DNA of 63,208 nucleotides, filler included, from Reclinomonas americana ATCC 50394 (GCA_048213135.1; 7 parts of 4 records of this genome joined end to end with filler, not necessarily neighbours in it), one strand, 5' to 3'; positions 50,656 to 63,208 are shown, counted from the whole stretch's first letter. Notes: generated by a model from the sequence alone, not told the origin. Numbers and translations: made by a program.

Positions 50656-51487
50656 ACGCGATGCATGAATCNNNNNNNNNNNNNNNNNNNNNNNNNNNNN
50701 NNNNNNNNNNNNNNNTTAATTAATTAANNNNNNNNNNNNNNNNNNNNNNNNNNNNNNNNNNNNNNNNNNNNTGCCTCTTCTTCCACTCTCTGCTGCGCTG
50801 CCTGTTGTGCTCTCCTCATATGTGCGCGTGTGTGTGTGCGTGTCTCGTTCATGTCCACTCGTGCAGATGGCCAAAAAAAGCACCAGCCCCACACCGACAC
50901 AAGAAAGAGAACAAAAAGTGCACTTTCCAACCATGCACACCAGCACAACACAGGCTTAATAGACAAGCACGAGGAAGAAGGAAGGAGAGTGCATGTCTCT
51001 GCAATGCGAGCGACCGGACACTCACCAGGGTATTTGACAGAGAGAGAACAAAAGAGAGGAGAAGAGAGAAAAGCTGGCTTTTTCCTTCTCCTTCTTTTTT
51101 TGGGTTTTGGGGGGGTTTTTGTGAAGGGCAAAAGAGCGCGAGGGGGAGAGCGAGTGTCTCTGGAGCAAGGATCGATTTTCTATGAGCGGACAGACGGGCG
51201 CAGCGAGCAGCGGTTTGCGATTGGCCGCCACTGTCCCCAGCTGTCCCTTTTTCATGAGCGAAGACAGGTGCGTTCTTTCTTTCCCTGTGTGCGTCTCTCT
51301 GCTCTCTATATCGTCCAGTGAGTGTCTGTCGTGGACTGTGCGATTTGGTTGTGTGCTTGTGTGGTCCATGTGTTGTGTAAACTTTGCATGTCATCATGCA
51401 TTTGCTTTTGGTGTGTGCACGTGTGTGAGCAGTGTGTGTATGTGTATGCCTGTGCTTGTGGCGCTGATTTGGCGCGAAACTTCTTAC

Positions 51488-52907
51488 ATGTACAGCGCGC
51501 CTTCGCAGCCGGCGAGCTCTTCCAGTGCGCTCGTGGCACAGTTTGGGGCCATGTCTGTCGGAGACGATTCCACGACGGATGGTTCCATTCGAGCAGCCGT
51601 GGGGCAGGCCACAACTGTCGAGGAACAGATGGCGGCAATGTGGGCACACATTCGCGCTGTTGAGGAACAGTCTGCTGCTTTTCAAGCACACATTAAGGCG
51701 GCCGAGGAACGAGCTTTAGTGGCTGAGGAGCGGGCTGCTGCTTATCAAGCACAACTCCGGCAGGTTGAAGTAACTCGTGAGCAAGGTACACCGCTGTCAT
51801 GCATCTGCTTGAACAGTTCTTGGTCTTTCACTCCCTCACCGCGCGCGTCCACCGTGCTGCGCAGGTGTCGTGCAGCCTGTTGAGCTGTTCACGGCCGGTA
51901 ATGACACCGAGCCTGCAGAATCCGACGCCCAGCACGACCTCCGTGAATACCTGTGCTGGCGATGCGACGCTTTGCACTTGCTCATCGCTGTGATCCTGCA
52001 TCAGATGAGGTGTTTGCCAAGCTGGAGCTCGGCGAGTTGCAGTGGGACTCTCCCGTGGCTCGTTGTGCGACGCGCCCACACAATCGGCGACGTGACGCCA
52101 TGTTTTGGCGCGTGCAGCTGTACCGTGACAACCCAGATCCACTGACGGATGAGTCGCGGGTCAAGTACGCGCAGAGTTGCGTTGCACGTCACTCTCTCCG
52201 TCGACTTGTGGTCGCTGACTTGCGCGTGTTGTAGGTTGGATGAGCGGACTCGTCAACGGTGCATGGCTGGTTCTTGGAGGGCCCGGAATGGCGAATTTAA
52301 GCCAACCCGAGGTGTGTCCTGCCAACTGGGCACCGGAACTGGACCCCAAGTATGCAGTCGCCGATTTGGTTCGTCGTCTGCGCGTTTCGACATCTGCATG
52401 CGACATGTGCGTACACCTCTCACGTTGGATGATTGTCGCTTGTTGCCCATCAGCTGACCGTGTTGTTGTTGTTGTTGTTGTGCACAGCGTGCATTCATTC
52501 ATTGACCAAATGGTGAAGGCTGCCAGCTTGTTCTGGCATTGTGCGTCGGCCGCGGAGACACTTTGCTACGGTACGAACGAGTCTGGTTGCTGCTTGTGAT
52601 CGACATTTGCATCATTCTCGTTCGCAGCGGGAGATGTGAGGGCGCCGCTGACACTGGAGCAGTTGATGGTCGCGAAGTGCCCGTACAATGAGAGCAGCGT
52701 GTCGCATTACTTTCTGTCGGAGCTGTTTCGCTGCTTCACGACACGTGGCCTGTGGGTGCCGTTTGAGGATGCTTTTGGGTGCAGCGTACGACCCAAATGC
52801 ATCATCACCTCACAAGGCGGGAACCGGTGCCCCGTCCTCTGCATGGCAGAAGTCGCCCAAGGTCCAGCACCGCTTCTCTTCAAGCCGGAGTCGGTCGCAC
52901 TGTTGTT
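51488..52907 (+). CDS. Hypothetical protein with N-terminal coiled coil; 3' truncated at gap
   Basis: EEQMAAMWAHIRAVEEQSAAFQAHIKAAEERALVAEERAAAYQAQL then several intron-separated exons. Confidence 0.45.
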
Positions 52908-53007
52908 NNNNNNNNNNNNNNNNNNNNNNNNNNNNNNNNNNNNNNNNNNNNTTAATTAATTAANNNNNNNNNNNNNNNNNNNNNNNNNNNNNNNNNNNNN
53001 NNNNNNN

Positions 53008-56000
53008 GATCATGCAGGCGTAGACCTCTTGCTCACTGCAAGCACATGAGAGAGTCAGAGCCATGATACAGAGAGAAAGGCTATGAAAATGTCGTCAATT
53101 ATAACAAACCGAGCATCACGCGAGTTCTTGAACAACTTCAGCACCTCCACCACGTCCTGCACCGACTTTTGCTTCACGTACATCTGGTGGAACCACGAGT
53201 TTGCCTCGTCCTCCACGTCCTTGGAGAAGACTTGCATCTGCACGTTGCCGGTGGAGACGAGGGCCTGTGTTGCACAACAGGAAGCGCGTGAGGAAGAGAG
53301 AGAGAGTGTGTGTGAGAGAGATAGAGATTTGCGTGTTGCGTACCTGCAGTTGCGGGTGGCCGCGCACCGCCGAGCCGTACACCTCGCGCAACGCCTCCTC
53401 ACACGGCTGTCCCAGCAGCGTGCGCTTCGACAAGACGACGCGGAAAATGGTGGCTGCCGTCTCCAAATGCTCCGACACATTCGGACGCGACTCGCCCTCC
53501 GGGTATTGCACCAGCTTGTCCTGCAGGTACTCGATGCACGCGTACACGAACTCGTCCTTGTACTCGTCGACCTTGTTGCCGATCCACATCTCGAGGTTGA
53601 GGAACTCGCGCTGCGCAGCCAGCGCTCCCAGCTCGATGGTGAAGGTGAATGGTCGTGCCTCGAGAACAAGCATCAGATCCTGCAGTGTGAAAAAAAAGGA
53701 ATGAGTCAGCAACTACGGATGATGATCTGCAATCACGGCACGAGTCCACTACTGAACCTTGCGCTCTTCCACGACCTCCAGGATGCGCGGCAGGGTGGCC
53801 GGATCCTTCTTGAAGAGGCGACTCATGCCGAGGATGAGCAAGTCGCGCTTCGACGACCACATGTACTCGAGCATGGTACTCGAGCTCGGGTGCGCCATGA
53901 CGAAGAGCGGGATGAGAATGTCCAGCAACTCTTGGCGCAGGTACACGGTCACATGCTGCGACAGTTCGTCAGTACCTCGTCACAAACAAGGCTTCACAAG
54001 AACACGAGAGAGAGAGAGAGAGAGCACAAACCTCAGACTGCGACACCGTGCCAAGCAGCGTCTCCGGGCAGTTCTTGATGGGATTCTCAAAGAGCGGAAC
54101 CACTTGCGCATACAGCGGCGTCTCCGACAGAGAGAGCAGCGTGTCGACAAGATCGAGCGACGACCACGTTTGGCTGAGCACGCCACCACGCAGTTCAAAG
54201 CCGGGGATGATCACGCGACGCGCGCATTGTGCGAACGACACAATGTCGGGAGGCGCCACCACCGCGGCCTTGAGCAGTGACAGCTGCCCGCGAATGTTGT
54301 TCCAACGGCCAAACAGCACGTCCACGGGGAACGGGGCCTGCACACACAGACAGAGACGTGTCAATAACTCGACAAACACACACACGCAGAGTGCACACAG
54401 CAAAACGCAACATCGGCCGCCTTGCGGTAGAACGAGGAGATGATGGCCAAGCCGCGGGTGTCGGGCAGGAAGAACTCGGGGAAGTCCAGCGATTTGAGCA
54501 CCCGCTTCCAGTTCAGATGCGGGCACTGGCACACACAAGGAGAGGAGAAAGAATCAGTCATCAAAACAGTGGCGCCTCTCTCCCTCTCTCCCTCCTATCT
54601 CTCTCTCCCACACACCTTTTCAGTGAGCACCGCCGTGAACACGTCGACTCGCCAGCTCGACGACAGGTACTCGCTGGCACTGGCGGCGCGAACCGAGGCC
54701 GTCAGCGACGCCAGACCACCCAGGATGCCAGTCTCGTCGATTCCACGCAGGGTGGCCGGAGCGATACTGTCATCGCGCAGGTACGCCGGAGCCGGTGAGG
54801 GATCCTCGCCAGCCGCCGCAGCCGCCGCCGCCATTTGCACCAGAGCCTGGTTGGTGGCCGCCATCATGCCGAGGATGCGGGCGGCCGACGCCTCGGTGAG
54901 CTGCGGGAAGTGCGAGAGGNNNNNNNNNNNNNNNNNNNNNNNNNNNNNNNNNNNNNNNNNNNNTTAATTAATTAANNNNNNNNNNNNNNNNNNNNNNNNN
55001 NNNNNNNNNNNNNNNNNNNAAGGCGGCAAACGTGTTGACCGAGGCCATGGCCGCCGGTCCGTACTCGCGCAGGATGCTGGCCGCGTCGGGCTGCGGCGGC
55101 CCAACACCGTACTCCTCGCCGGCATCGCCCGTACGCAGCGAGTTCGGCAGCATCATGGAACTGGCGGCCAGCTCACGCAGCGGCAGCATGGCCGTGATCG
55201 GCGACGGGTGCTTCTCAATGCTCTGCATGAACGCCGGCCACGTCTCGGCCAGCCGCCGCTGCTCCTCCGAGGCCATGGGTCCCGCCGCCACCGCATTGGT
55301 CAGCGTGGCAATCACGCGTTCCAGCACCACCGGAGACAACTCGTTGGTCGGCACACGCGGCACCAACTCCACCAACAGTCGCACGCCCTCTGCGCGGTAC
55401 GACTCGTCGGGCGAGTTGATGAGCGCCGTGCCCACCGCCACACGCTCCGCCGCCGACAGATCCAGCATCATGCACACGGCCTCCACGTGCGCGTGTGCTC
55501 CAGCTCCACCGCCATCAAACACCGAGCCCAACAGCAGCGAGGCAAAGTTGGACTGCGCCAACACCCGCCGCACCAGCTCACTGAGCAGACGCACATGCAC
55601 GTCGGCCAGTGTCTGCACACAAAGGAAGAGATTAGTCGCGTGCAGACTGGACATGTCTGTTACGACCCGCAACACCCTCCCCCGCAGACAACAAGATTCC
55701 ACGTGTACCACATACTCTCATACACACACACAACAATCGACGAGGTGCATTGCGGGAGTGCGTGTGTGCGTGATTCGCGTGCAGCGAGAGCATGCCTGTG
55801 ACCATGGCCACACACTCACTCACTCACACAAACCTTTGGCCCACGCGACTGCATGATGCGACTGGTGAGCAGCTTGAGCACAAACACCTGTGCCTCCCAC
55901 CCAAACGAGCGACATCGCTGTGCAGCGCAAGAAGTGTGTGTCGACGTTTGTGAGTGTGTTTGGCGCGCGATGTGAGACAACACACACACACACACGCACT

Positions 56001-56153
56001 TCATCAATCGTGTGCAACGCCCACTGGTAGTTCTCCGCGCTCAGTCTCTCCACGAGACTCTTGAGCTCAGAGCCTGCGTGGCGAGCGCGTGTGAGCGAGA
56101 GGCAGCAAAAGAGAAAAGCAGGAGAGACACTCACCAATGGTCGACGCATCCAT
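53008..56153 (-). CDS. CNOT1: CCR4-NOT scaffold subunit Not1, N-terminal portion
   Basis: LNWKRVLKSLDFPEF, FPVDVLFGRWNNIRGQLSLL, WSSLDLVDTLLSL, PIKNCPETLL, FTIELGALAAQREFLNLEMWI, FSKDVEDEANSWFHQMY; start MDASTI|GSELK. Confidence 0.93.
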
Positions 56154-56330
56154 GCTGACGACAACGATGCCGCCTCACAGTGAGGGAAGACACCAAACGG
56201 GGGGGTATAGAGAGAGTGAGCGAGTGAGCGAGGGGTGACAGTGGCGTTGTGTGTGTGAGTGTGTAAGTTTGTAAGTCGCTGTCCCACCGCACCACCAAGT
56301 CACACACTCACACTCAAGACAGAGCACAGA

Positions 56331-56563
56331 ATGCTGCTCGACAACGATGCATTCGTGCGCCAGCTGGAGCACATGTACGGCAGGCACGAGGACGGCGGCA
56401 CAGTGTGGGTCACCATGAAGCAACGTTGCGCGCGTGTGCACAGTGTGTGACATGCTGCTCTTCTCCGTCTGACCTCGTGTCACACACACACACACGCGCG
56501 CGTAGTGTCACCCGGCAGCTACAAGCGCTCGAGTGGAGGTGCCGGGTCATCATCATCATCATC
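56331..56563 (+). CDS. SRP14: Signal recognition particle 14 kDa subunit, 5' part
   Basis: MLLDNDAFVRQLEHMYGRHEDGGTVWVTMKQ resembles the SRP14 N-terminus (LLxxxxFLxELxxLF..GSVYITxK). Confidence 0.75.
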
Positions 56564-56663
56564 NNNNNNNNNNNNNNNNNNNNNNNNNNNNNNNNNNNNN
56601 NNNNNNNTTAATTAATTAANNNNNNNNNNNNNNNNNNNNNNNNNNNNNNNNNNNNNNNNNNNN

Positions 56664-59097
56664 CTGGTGCAGCCGGCAGTCAGACACTTGATGTGGCAGA
56701 CTCGCCCGTGGGAAGTGCGAGCCGGAGAGGCAACCGTGCGCGGTTCGCGCCGGGCGCTAGTTCCACGGCTGCGCCCGCAGCCGCGGCCGTCACCGATCCA
56801 CCGGCCAGACCCAGCGCGCCTGCAGACTCGGGGAGCCGTGGCAACGGGTCGACTGGGACGGCCGTGGCAGTGGCTTCGGCGCCGGGCAAGTCGCGGACCG
56901 CCACCGCAACTGCCACCGCTGTCACTGCAGTGCGTGTTGAGGAATAGAGGGTTGTGACGCTGTAGCAGTCGTCTCACACGAGATGTTTTGTTGATGTGCG
57001 CAGCCAGCAGCGCCAGCCCCGTCATCGACTGCCAGCACGCTGTCGGCGGATCGGCTATCGGGAGGGGCGCCATTTGGAGGCGGTGTTTCGGGCGTGCGGG
57101 CAAACTCGAGTCCGAGTGCCGACGACGACGATTCGCAAGTTGTGTGTCTCTCAGTGTGTGAGTGGGCGCGCCCCACGTGTGCCAACCATCGTGCATTCTC
57201 GTGCAGGATGACGCCGATTTTGTGGACGAGCTGGTGTACTTGCAGGCGCCCGCCACAGATCATGGAACGGTTCGTTGTTCGCGCCTGCTGGGATGCGGCT
57301 CGCTTGCGTTGTTGCGTGTTTTGTTGACGTGTGTGTCTGTGCGTGCGTAGCCAATGGCCGGTCAGCGAATTGTAGACGGTGTGCATGAGCGCTGTGTGTT
57401 TGCGACGTCTTCAAGGCGCGCGCTTGCGTTCCTCGATCGGCTCCTGAAGGCCATGTCACAATTCATCAAGGTGTGCTGATATTCGTCGCAGCCATGCCGT
57501 TCTTCTCTGTGACTCACATGGTTGTTGTTGTCGTGCGCAGGCGTATGATGAGTACGATCAGATTCGCTTGTTCTGGCTGGCTTCGTGTGGCTTTATCGTC
57601 GCCGAGTACGCAGTCAAGTACCCGGCGGAGCTCAGTCCGGCCACTGTTGCGTACCCCCACTCAGCGAGTGAAACGAACATGCACCGCCGTTGTCATTCAC
57701 CACTATTCCCCTCTCACCACGCAGGATGCTGGCTCGGCGGGAGCCGCTGGCACAGCGGCGAGCAACGGAAGGGGTGCGGGGCGTGCGAGGACTGTGGTGC
57801 CCACCGCGGCAAAAGTGCAGTCGTATTACACGGTGGCTGCGGAGGACAGCGGAGCACCTGGTCTGCGCGGCCCACAGCTCGGCCACGCCGCGTGGACGGC
57901 GACTCACCACTTTAACAAGGTTTGCCCGAGCGATTGCGCACTGCGTGTTCTGCATTCTTAACGACGTGCTGCGTGCAGTTGTTGGAGTCGGAGAGGAGAA
58001 ACGACAGCGAGTCGACGGTGCTGGAGTTGGCGTTTGCGCTTGCCGTGCAGAATATCTACGCATGGTGCTGTGCTTAATCATCGGACGAGTATGCTAGTCC
58101 GTGCATGTCACTAACTCACTTCTCCGCCGCAGGGTGTACGCATCGTCGCTGCTGAGCGTGTACCGCCGCATCGACGACATGCTGTTGCATGATGTGTTCG
58201 ACTACACGCAATTTGGGTCGGCGCTGAAAAAGTTGCGCACGAGCTGGCTCGTGTACGTTCCTTTGGGAGAACAGCTGCTAAACAACGAGGGAATAGGGGT
58301 TCTGGGCGCGATCCAATGGATGGCATGGTGCGCCTGTTGGAGAAGCAGAATGCGGCATTGGTGGCAGCTGGTTCGTTCACACAGCTTCTTCTTCTTCTTC
58401 TTCTTCTTCCAAATATCACCGTCCTCATCCACCGACTACCGTAGGTTCCAGTGTCGCGTTGCGCTCCTCGATGATTGGCCAGCTGCTCCACTTTGTGTCT
58501 TGCCGAGTGGTCAACACGGTGTTGCAGAACGAGGAGTACATGCAGACGCAGACGGCGCTGAAGGTGTCGTGTTGCACCCTCGCGCACACAGACTCTCTCC
58601 TCTGTTCTTGTCGCTCATGTGCTCTTGGTGCAGTTGAAAATGGGCCTCTCCAAGCTCTACCAGTTCTTGTCGTCGTCGACGATTGGACTCGCCCACTCAC
58701 TGTTGCGTCTGTCTGTCTGCATGTGTGAATCTTCAGTGACTGACATCGTGACTGCACGCGCAGCGACGGCAAGTTGCGCCCGATTGCCAGCACCGCCGAC
58801 GTGCTGCTCATCTCCAAGGAGCACCTGGTGGAGGACGACACGCGTGGCGAAGTGTGCGGCGAAGGTGGCCTCACTCCTGCGCAGCTGCTGCATCTCGTCA
58901 AGAACTTCAAGCCCGACGAGTACGAGGACATTGCCGTGGTGCGCCGTGCTCATTCGGAGCTCGACCGCAAGATCGGTGCGGTGCCCGGCTCTCCAGGCTT
59001 CCCCATTATCCCGGGAGCCTCGGCGCGTGGTCGTTTCCAGCTGCCGCAGCAGTTGCTGCTCGATGCCGACACAATACCACTGCCGCCCACCGCCTAA
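56664..59097 (+). CDS. DIL (dilute; myosin V/XI cargo-type) domain protein, 5' truncated by gap
   Basis: LFWLASC, QLLHFVSCRVVNTVLQNEEY..ALK|LKMGLSKL, LRPIASTADVLLISK, LTPAQLLHLVKNFKPDEY. Confidence 0.75.
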
Positions 59098-59220
59098 ACG
59101 CGCGGGAATAAGGAAAAAGAAGACGACGAATACAAAAAGCGTCCTGTGTGTTGCTGCTCTTGCTGTCGCCGTCCTCCGCTTCTTTTCCATCATTCTGTTG
59201 AGGAGTGACACTGTCATCGC

Positions 59221-60603
59221 ATGGAGGAGGGAAGCCAGGCCGTGGCTGCAGACAGTCAGCGCGCGGGGCGGGCACGCTCACGCATCACTCGCCTGTTGTC
59301 TCACATGTTTCCGCGCGCCACTCTCCTCACCCGCCTGTTGCGGTCGCCACACGATGCACAGTCGAGTGCTACCAATGCACATGGTGCGCCTGTTGTCTCT
59401 CCTGCCCATGATGAATCACCGTCACTTTGCTGACTGGACCGATTGCATGCAGAGAGAGTGATGGCCAAGGCGGTAGTGGAAGAGGACGAGGTGGGTGAAG
59501 GAGATGAGGAGGAGGGTCTGATCACACTCCAAAAGGCTCTGCAGCAGTCGATGGCGAGTGAGGCGACGCCGAAAGTTATCGATCGGCGACTCATTGGCTT
59601 CCCGCGCACCGTGGCCAACGCCACGCTCTTCTCGCGCGTCATGGAGCAGGTGTACCAGGAGGAGAAGCAAGTCATCCCCGACTCGGGTTCGTTAGTTTCA
59701 TCAGTCTTTATGCATCCCTCTTTCTCTCCTTCCACCCATGCCTGCCTCAAACCCGCAGACTTGGTGGAGATGCCCAAGGGCGAGCCTCCGTCGCTCACCG
59801 AGTTGTTTGGCGACGAGTTCCCGTCGGGCCACGTGTGCGTCGTCGGCCCCACCGGATCCGGCAAGAGTACGATCGTCCGCGGTATCTTGTGTGCGCTCTG
59901 CGACCGTCACACGCTGTCGATCTACTCGCTGGAGTTTCCCGTGGAGGTCAACCTCAACACGCACGGTCTCTTTCACGTGTGCCAGATCGACATGTTTCAG
60001 CAGGTGGCCGGTCGGCAGCGATCGCTGCACGAGGTCGCCAACGCGCTTCTGCATCACGATCCCGACCTGCTGTACTTTGGCGAGCTGCGCAACAAGACCG
60101 ACTTTGAGACGGCGACGAGTGTGGCGCTGAGTGGAGTGGCGTGCATCAGCACGGGCCATGCGCACTCGCCCATGGACCTGCTGGAGCGTTTGCGCGCGAT
60201 GAACATTGACCTGTCGACGCAGTTCCGCGCCTTTCGCTGCATCGTCGGCGTGAAGCGCGTGCCCATTCTGTGCGACGTGTGCAAGCGCACGGTGGTGTTC
60301 CAGGGTTCACCGTCGGATAATCGCGCCCTCCGACTCTTCTTCATGTATCGCACGGTGACGTTGAGTCGGGTGCGTCGACGGCAGACGCAGCCTCGTGTGT
60401 GCATGCCGGGCACGGGCACGAACTGTTCGGCGTGCACCGGTGGCTACACGCACAATCACACCATCTACGAGTTTCTGCGCATCCACCCGACAGACACGCT
60501 GGAGTCGCTGCGGCGCAATCACACGTACACGACGGAGGAGACGTTGCTGGACCTCATCATGCAAGGCAAGGTCAATCCACTGTATCTGGAGAGCCTGCTT
60601 TGA
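59221..60603 (+). CDS. GspE/PilB-family secretion ATPase, C-terminal (nucleotide-binding + Zn) half
   Basis: Walker A GPTGSGKST, Asp box SLEFPVE, Walker B DPDLLYFGELRN, His box SGVACISTGHA, tetra-Cys LCDVCK..CSACTGGY. Putative in-frame intron 59687-59758; start could be 59221 or 59461. Confidence 0.88.
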
Positions 60604-60633
60604 GAGGTTATTAAGTTTTCCCTTCACTGCAAT

Positions 60634-62841
60634 TCATGACGGGTGTGACGTGGTGGTTCCGTTGAGTGTGCTGCTCGCGACCGCGGCTCCGCCGGCGACC
60701 GCCGCCGTCGCCGCCGCGCCTCCCTTGGTGGATGCTCGCGAACCGGGGCGCGTTGGACCGTAGCGGATTGCGCGATCGATCTCCAGCACCCACTGGTCTC
60801 GCGTCAGCGCCGACTCGCAACTCAATTCGTACTTGCGCGTCGGTGTCTGCAGCGAGAAGCGGAATCGCGGTCCTGTTTCGCCCAGCCGTGACATGGGTCC
60901 CGACACGCGACATGCCAGCTCGCCACTGCCGCCCAGGGGGATGGAACCTCGTGGCTCCGTGTCGCTCTTGTCGTGACAGTACCGCAACTCACACCGCTCG
61001 GCGTCCAGCTCGAACCAACGCCGCTGCCACACGATCCCGAGGAAGCCGCCGCGCTTGTGCACCCAGCCACGCAAGCTCTGCGGCGGTACAATGTAGCCGC
61101 GGGAACTCGAATACACGCCGTCGCTGTAGTCGCCGCCGCCAGCGTAGCTCGATGGTGGAATGTAGTAGCTGGTTGTTGTGCTACCGTTGCTCATGGCCGC
61201 GGATCCCGTCGCGTAGCGAGTGTAGATCGGATCGCTGCTGGTGGCGTGCGGATTGACGCCAGTGGCCAGCAGCAGCGGCTCCAACTCGGCGCGTGTGGGC
61301 GACAGCAGCGGATGAACCGCACGGAGGAGGCCCAGTGGGTTTCGACCGTGACGATTCAGGCGCTCCATCGATGCATTTGCCGTCAGCAGCAGGGTGACCG
61401 CCGTCACGTCGCCGTCGACCACCGCCTGTCCGAGTGGGGTGTTGCCGTCGACCATGCGGCACGTTTGATCGAGATCGACCAGCGGATTGCCAACGAGATG
61501 CTCCAGCAGCGACGTCATTCCCATCTCGATCGCCACACCGACCAGACTCGTGCCGTCGTGCGCGAGTGCGTTGAGGGCGGCAGCGTCGGATTGTTGCGCC
61601 AAAAACAACGCTGCGGCCTCGTGACCGCCCTGCGCCGCGAGCATCACCGGCGTTGCACGAGCTCCCACGGGGGCCACCAACGAAGCGTCCTCCATGGTCT
61701 TGACACGCGGCACCGTATTCGGGTTCGCACCGGCCGACACCAGCAACTCGCACACGCGCACGTTGCCGGAACGCGCCGCATGGTGCAATGCAGTCTCGTC
61801 AAATATGTCTGCCAAGCAGGTCAGGCTTACAGAATACAAACAAAGAGCCTCTCCCCTCCACAAACCTGTGACATGCAAGTCGCACACCTCGGCATTGCGC
61901 GAGTCCGCCAACAACTGCTGTACCATCTCCTCATCTCCACGCCGACACGCCGCCATCAGCGGCGTGACTCCGTAGCCCAGGTGGCCCACATTCACCGACG
62001 GCACCACAACCGAACCCACCTCCCGCTGCTCGGCGTGCAAGTCGAGCAGCACACGCGCCGTACTCGCATCGCGGACAACAAGAAGCGGGAAGCGCGTCCA
62101 CCGCGTCGCCGACCACGGCTCGAAGCGACTCGACCGCTCCCGCCCAACGCCATCGACCAGCAGCTGTGGCTGCTGACTCCCAGAGGCCGCACTCGCCACC
62201 GCCGCCATGGCCTCTGCAGCCTCGGCAGCCGCCACCGCCGCCAACGCCTGCTCATCACTCTCCGCGCTGTCACCACTGGCAGCCACAGTTGTCGCAGTTG
62301 TCGCAGTCGCCGCCGCCTTGCTTTGACATCGATGCACGAACGGCAGTCGACCGTCGCCCGTGAGCGCCAGCATGCGCAACTTGTCAGGCGGGCCCACATC
62401 CTCCTCCTCTTCTTCTTCCACCTCTTGTCCACCACTGTCATCATCATCATCATCATCATCACGACGAGGCCGCTCTCTCTCCTGTCGCGCCTTGACATAT
62501 GCCTGCAGCAACATCTGCACCGCCTCTGCTGTGCAATCGCGTTGCGCACACAATGCAGTCACAGCCGCACGCACAAGAGACCGCGGCATGGTGACGAGGA
62601 ATCTGAGTGCGCGCACACTCTCTCAGTGTTACGCACACACAGACGCAAGCTGGTATATGTGTGCGCGTCGCAACTCTTGCAACTCGCGGACTTCGCCGTT
62701 TGCTGCGTCGCCGGCCTGTGCATGTGTGACGGCCGAGACGAGGGCGGCAGTGAGAGGAGTTCGCCGACTGCCCTGTGCCAGCACCGACTCGACCATGCTG
62801 TCACTGCCGTCGCCAGCAGTGGCAGAGGCCGTGTCGCCCAT
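60634..62841 (-). CDS. Ankyrin-repeat protein with C-terminal PH domain
   Basis: GVTPLMAAC, ETALHHAARSGN, TPVMLAAQGGH, GNTPLGQAV; PH: RGWVHKRGGFLGIVWQRRWFEL..PRGSIPL..RDQWVLEI. Confidence 0.88.
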
Positions 62842-63208
62842 GTTGTCTCTCTCACAGACACACGCGCGCGCACGCCACGCACCAACGAAAACACACCGGC
62901 ACTGAAATAGTTGTCCCGTGAAGCGATTTCACTCACAGAGAGAGATAGAGAGAGATAGAACGAGAAGAACATGTAGGCAAGAGGAGAGGGATTCACACAC
63001 ATACACACGTACACGCGTATAGATACAGGAAAGGTGCAAGGTTTGTCGACCAGTGCCGATTGGATTTCAGTAACGTCGCCGGTACCGTGAAGGAGGTGGG
63101 ACTTGCGGTTCCGGTGAGGTTGTCCGCAGCACGAGGCCAGGTGGTGGGTGATTCCTGCCCAATGCCTGTGCGACAGAACCGTGAGTATCCGGGAAGAGTC
63201 TGCAGAAG

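Noticed and set aside
59221..60603. Bacterial contamination as the explanation for the GspE-like ORF
   Set aside because: Ungapped continuity with intron-containing eukaryotic genes on both sides, a probable intron, and no bacterial operon partners.
60973..62910. 645-aa + strand ORF antisense to the ankyrin-PH gene
   Set aside because: Shadow ORF of GC-rich coding sequence with no protein-like motifs; the same applies to many other antisense ORFs in the track.

Overview
Gene-dense (~20 genes), GC-rich eukaryotic nuclear scaffold, most likely from a protist. It has many short (~55-90 nt) spliceosomal introns, abundant (CA)n/(GA)n microsatellites, N gaps, and artificial TTAATTAATTAA linkers. 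Several gap-bounded contigs appear inverted. Recognisable genes: retinoblastoma-related protein (partial), TPR protein, WD40/coiled-coil/Pelle-IRAK-type kinase, UBA1-like E1, NADH-cytochrome b5 reductase, POT1, MED31, macrodomain protein, pseudokinase-PH protein, CANT1-type apyrase, CNOT1 (partial), SRP14 (partial), DIL-domain protein and ankyrin-PH protein. Highlights: (1) a probably intron-containing gene for the C-terminal half of a bacterial-type GspE/PilB secretion ATPase, a candidate mitochondrial T2SS component; (2) a full-length E1 whose catalytic Cys is replaced by Asp; (3) predicted 3-4 nt micro-exons around that site; (4) a divergent SelO-like kinase-fold protein. All gene models were spliced by hand and family calls rest on recalled motifs, not database searches; exon boundaries are approximate where stated.
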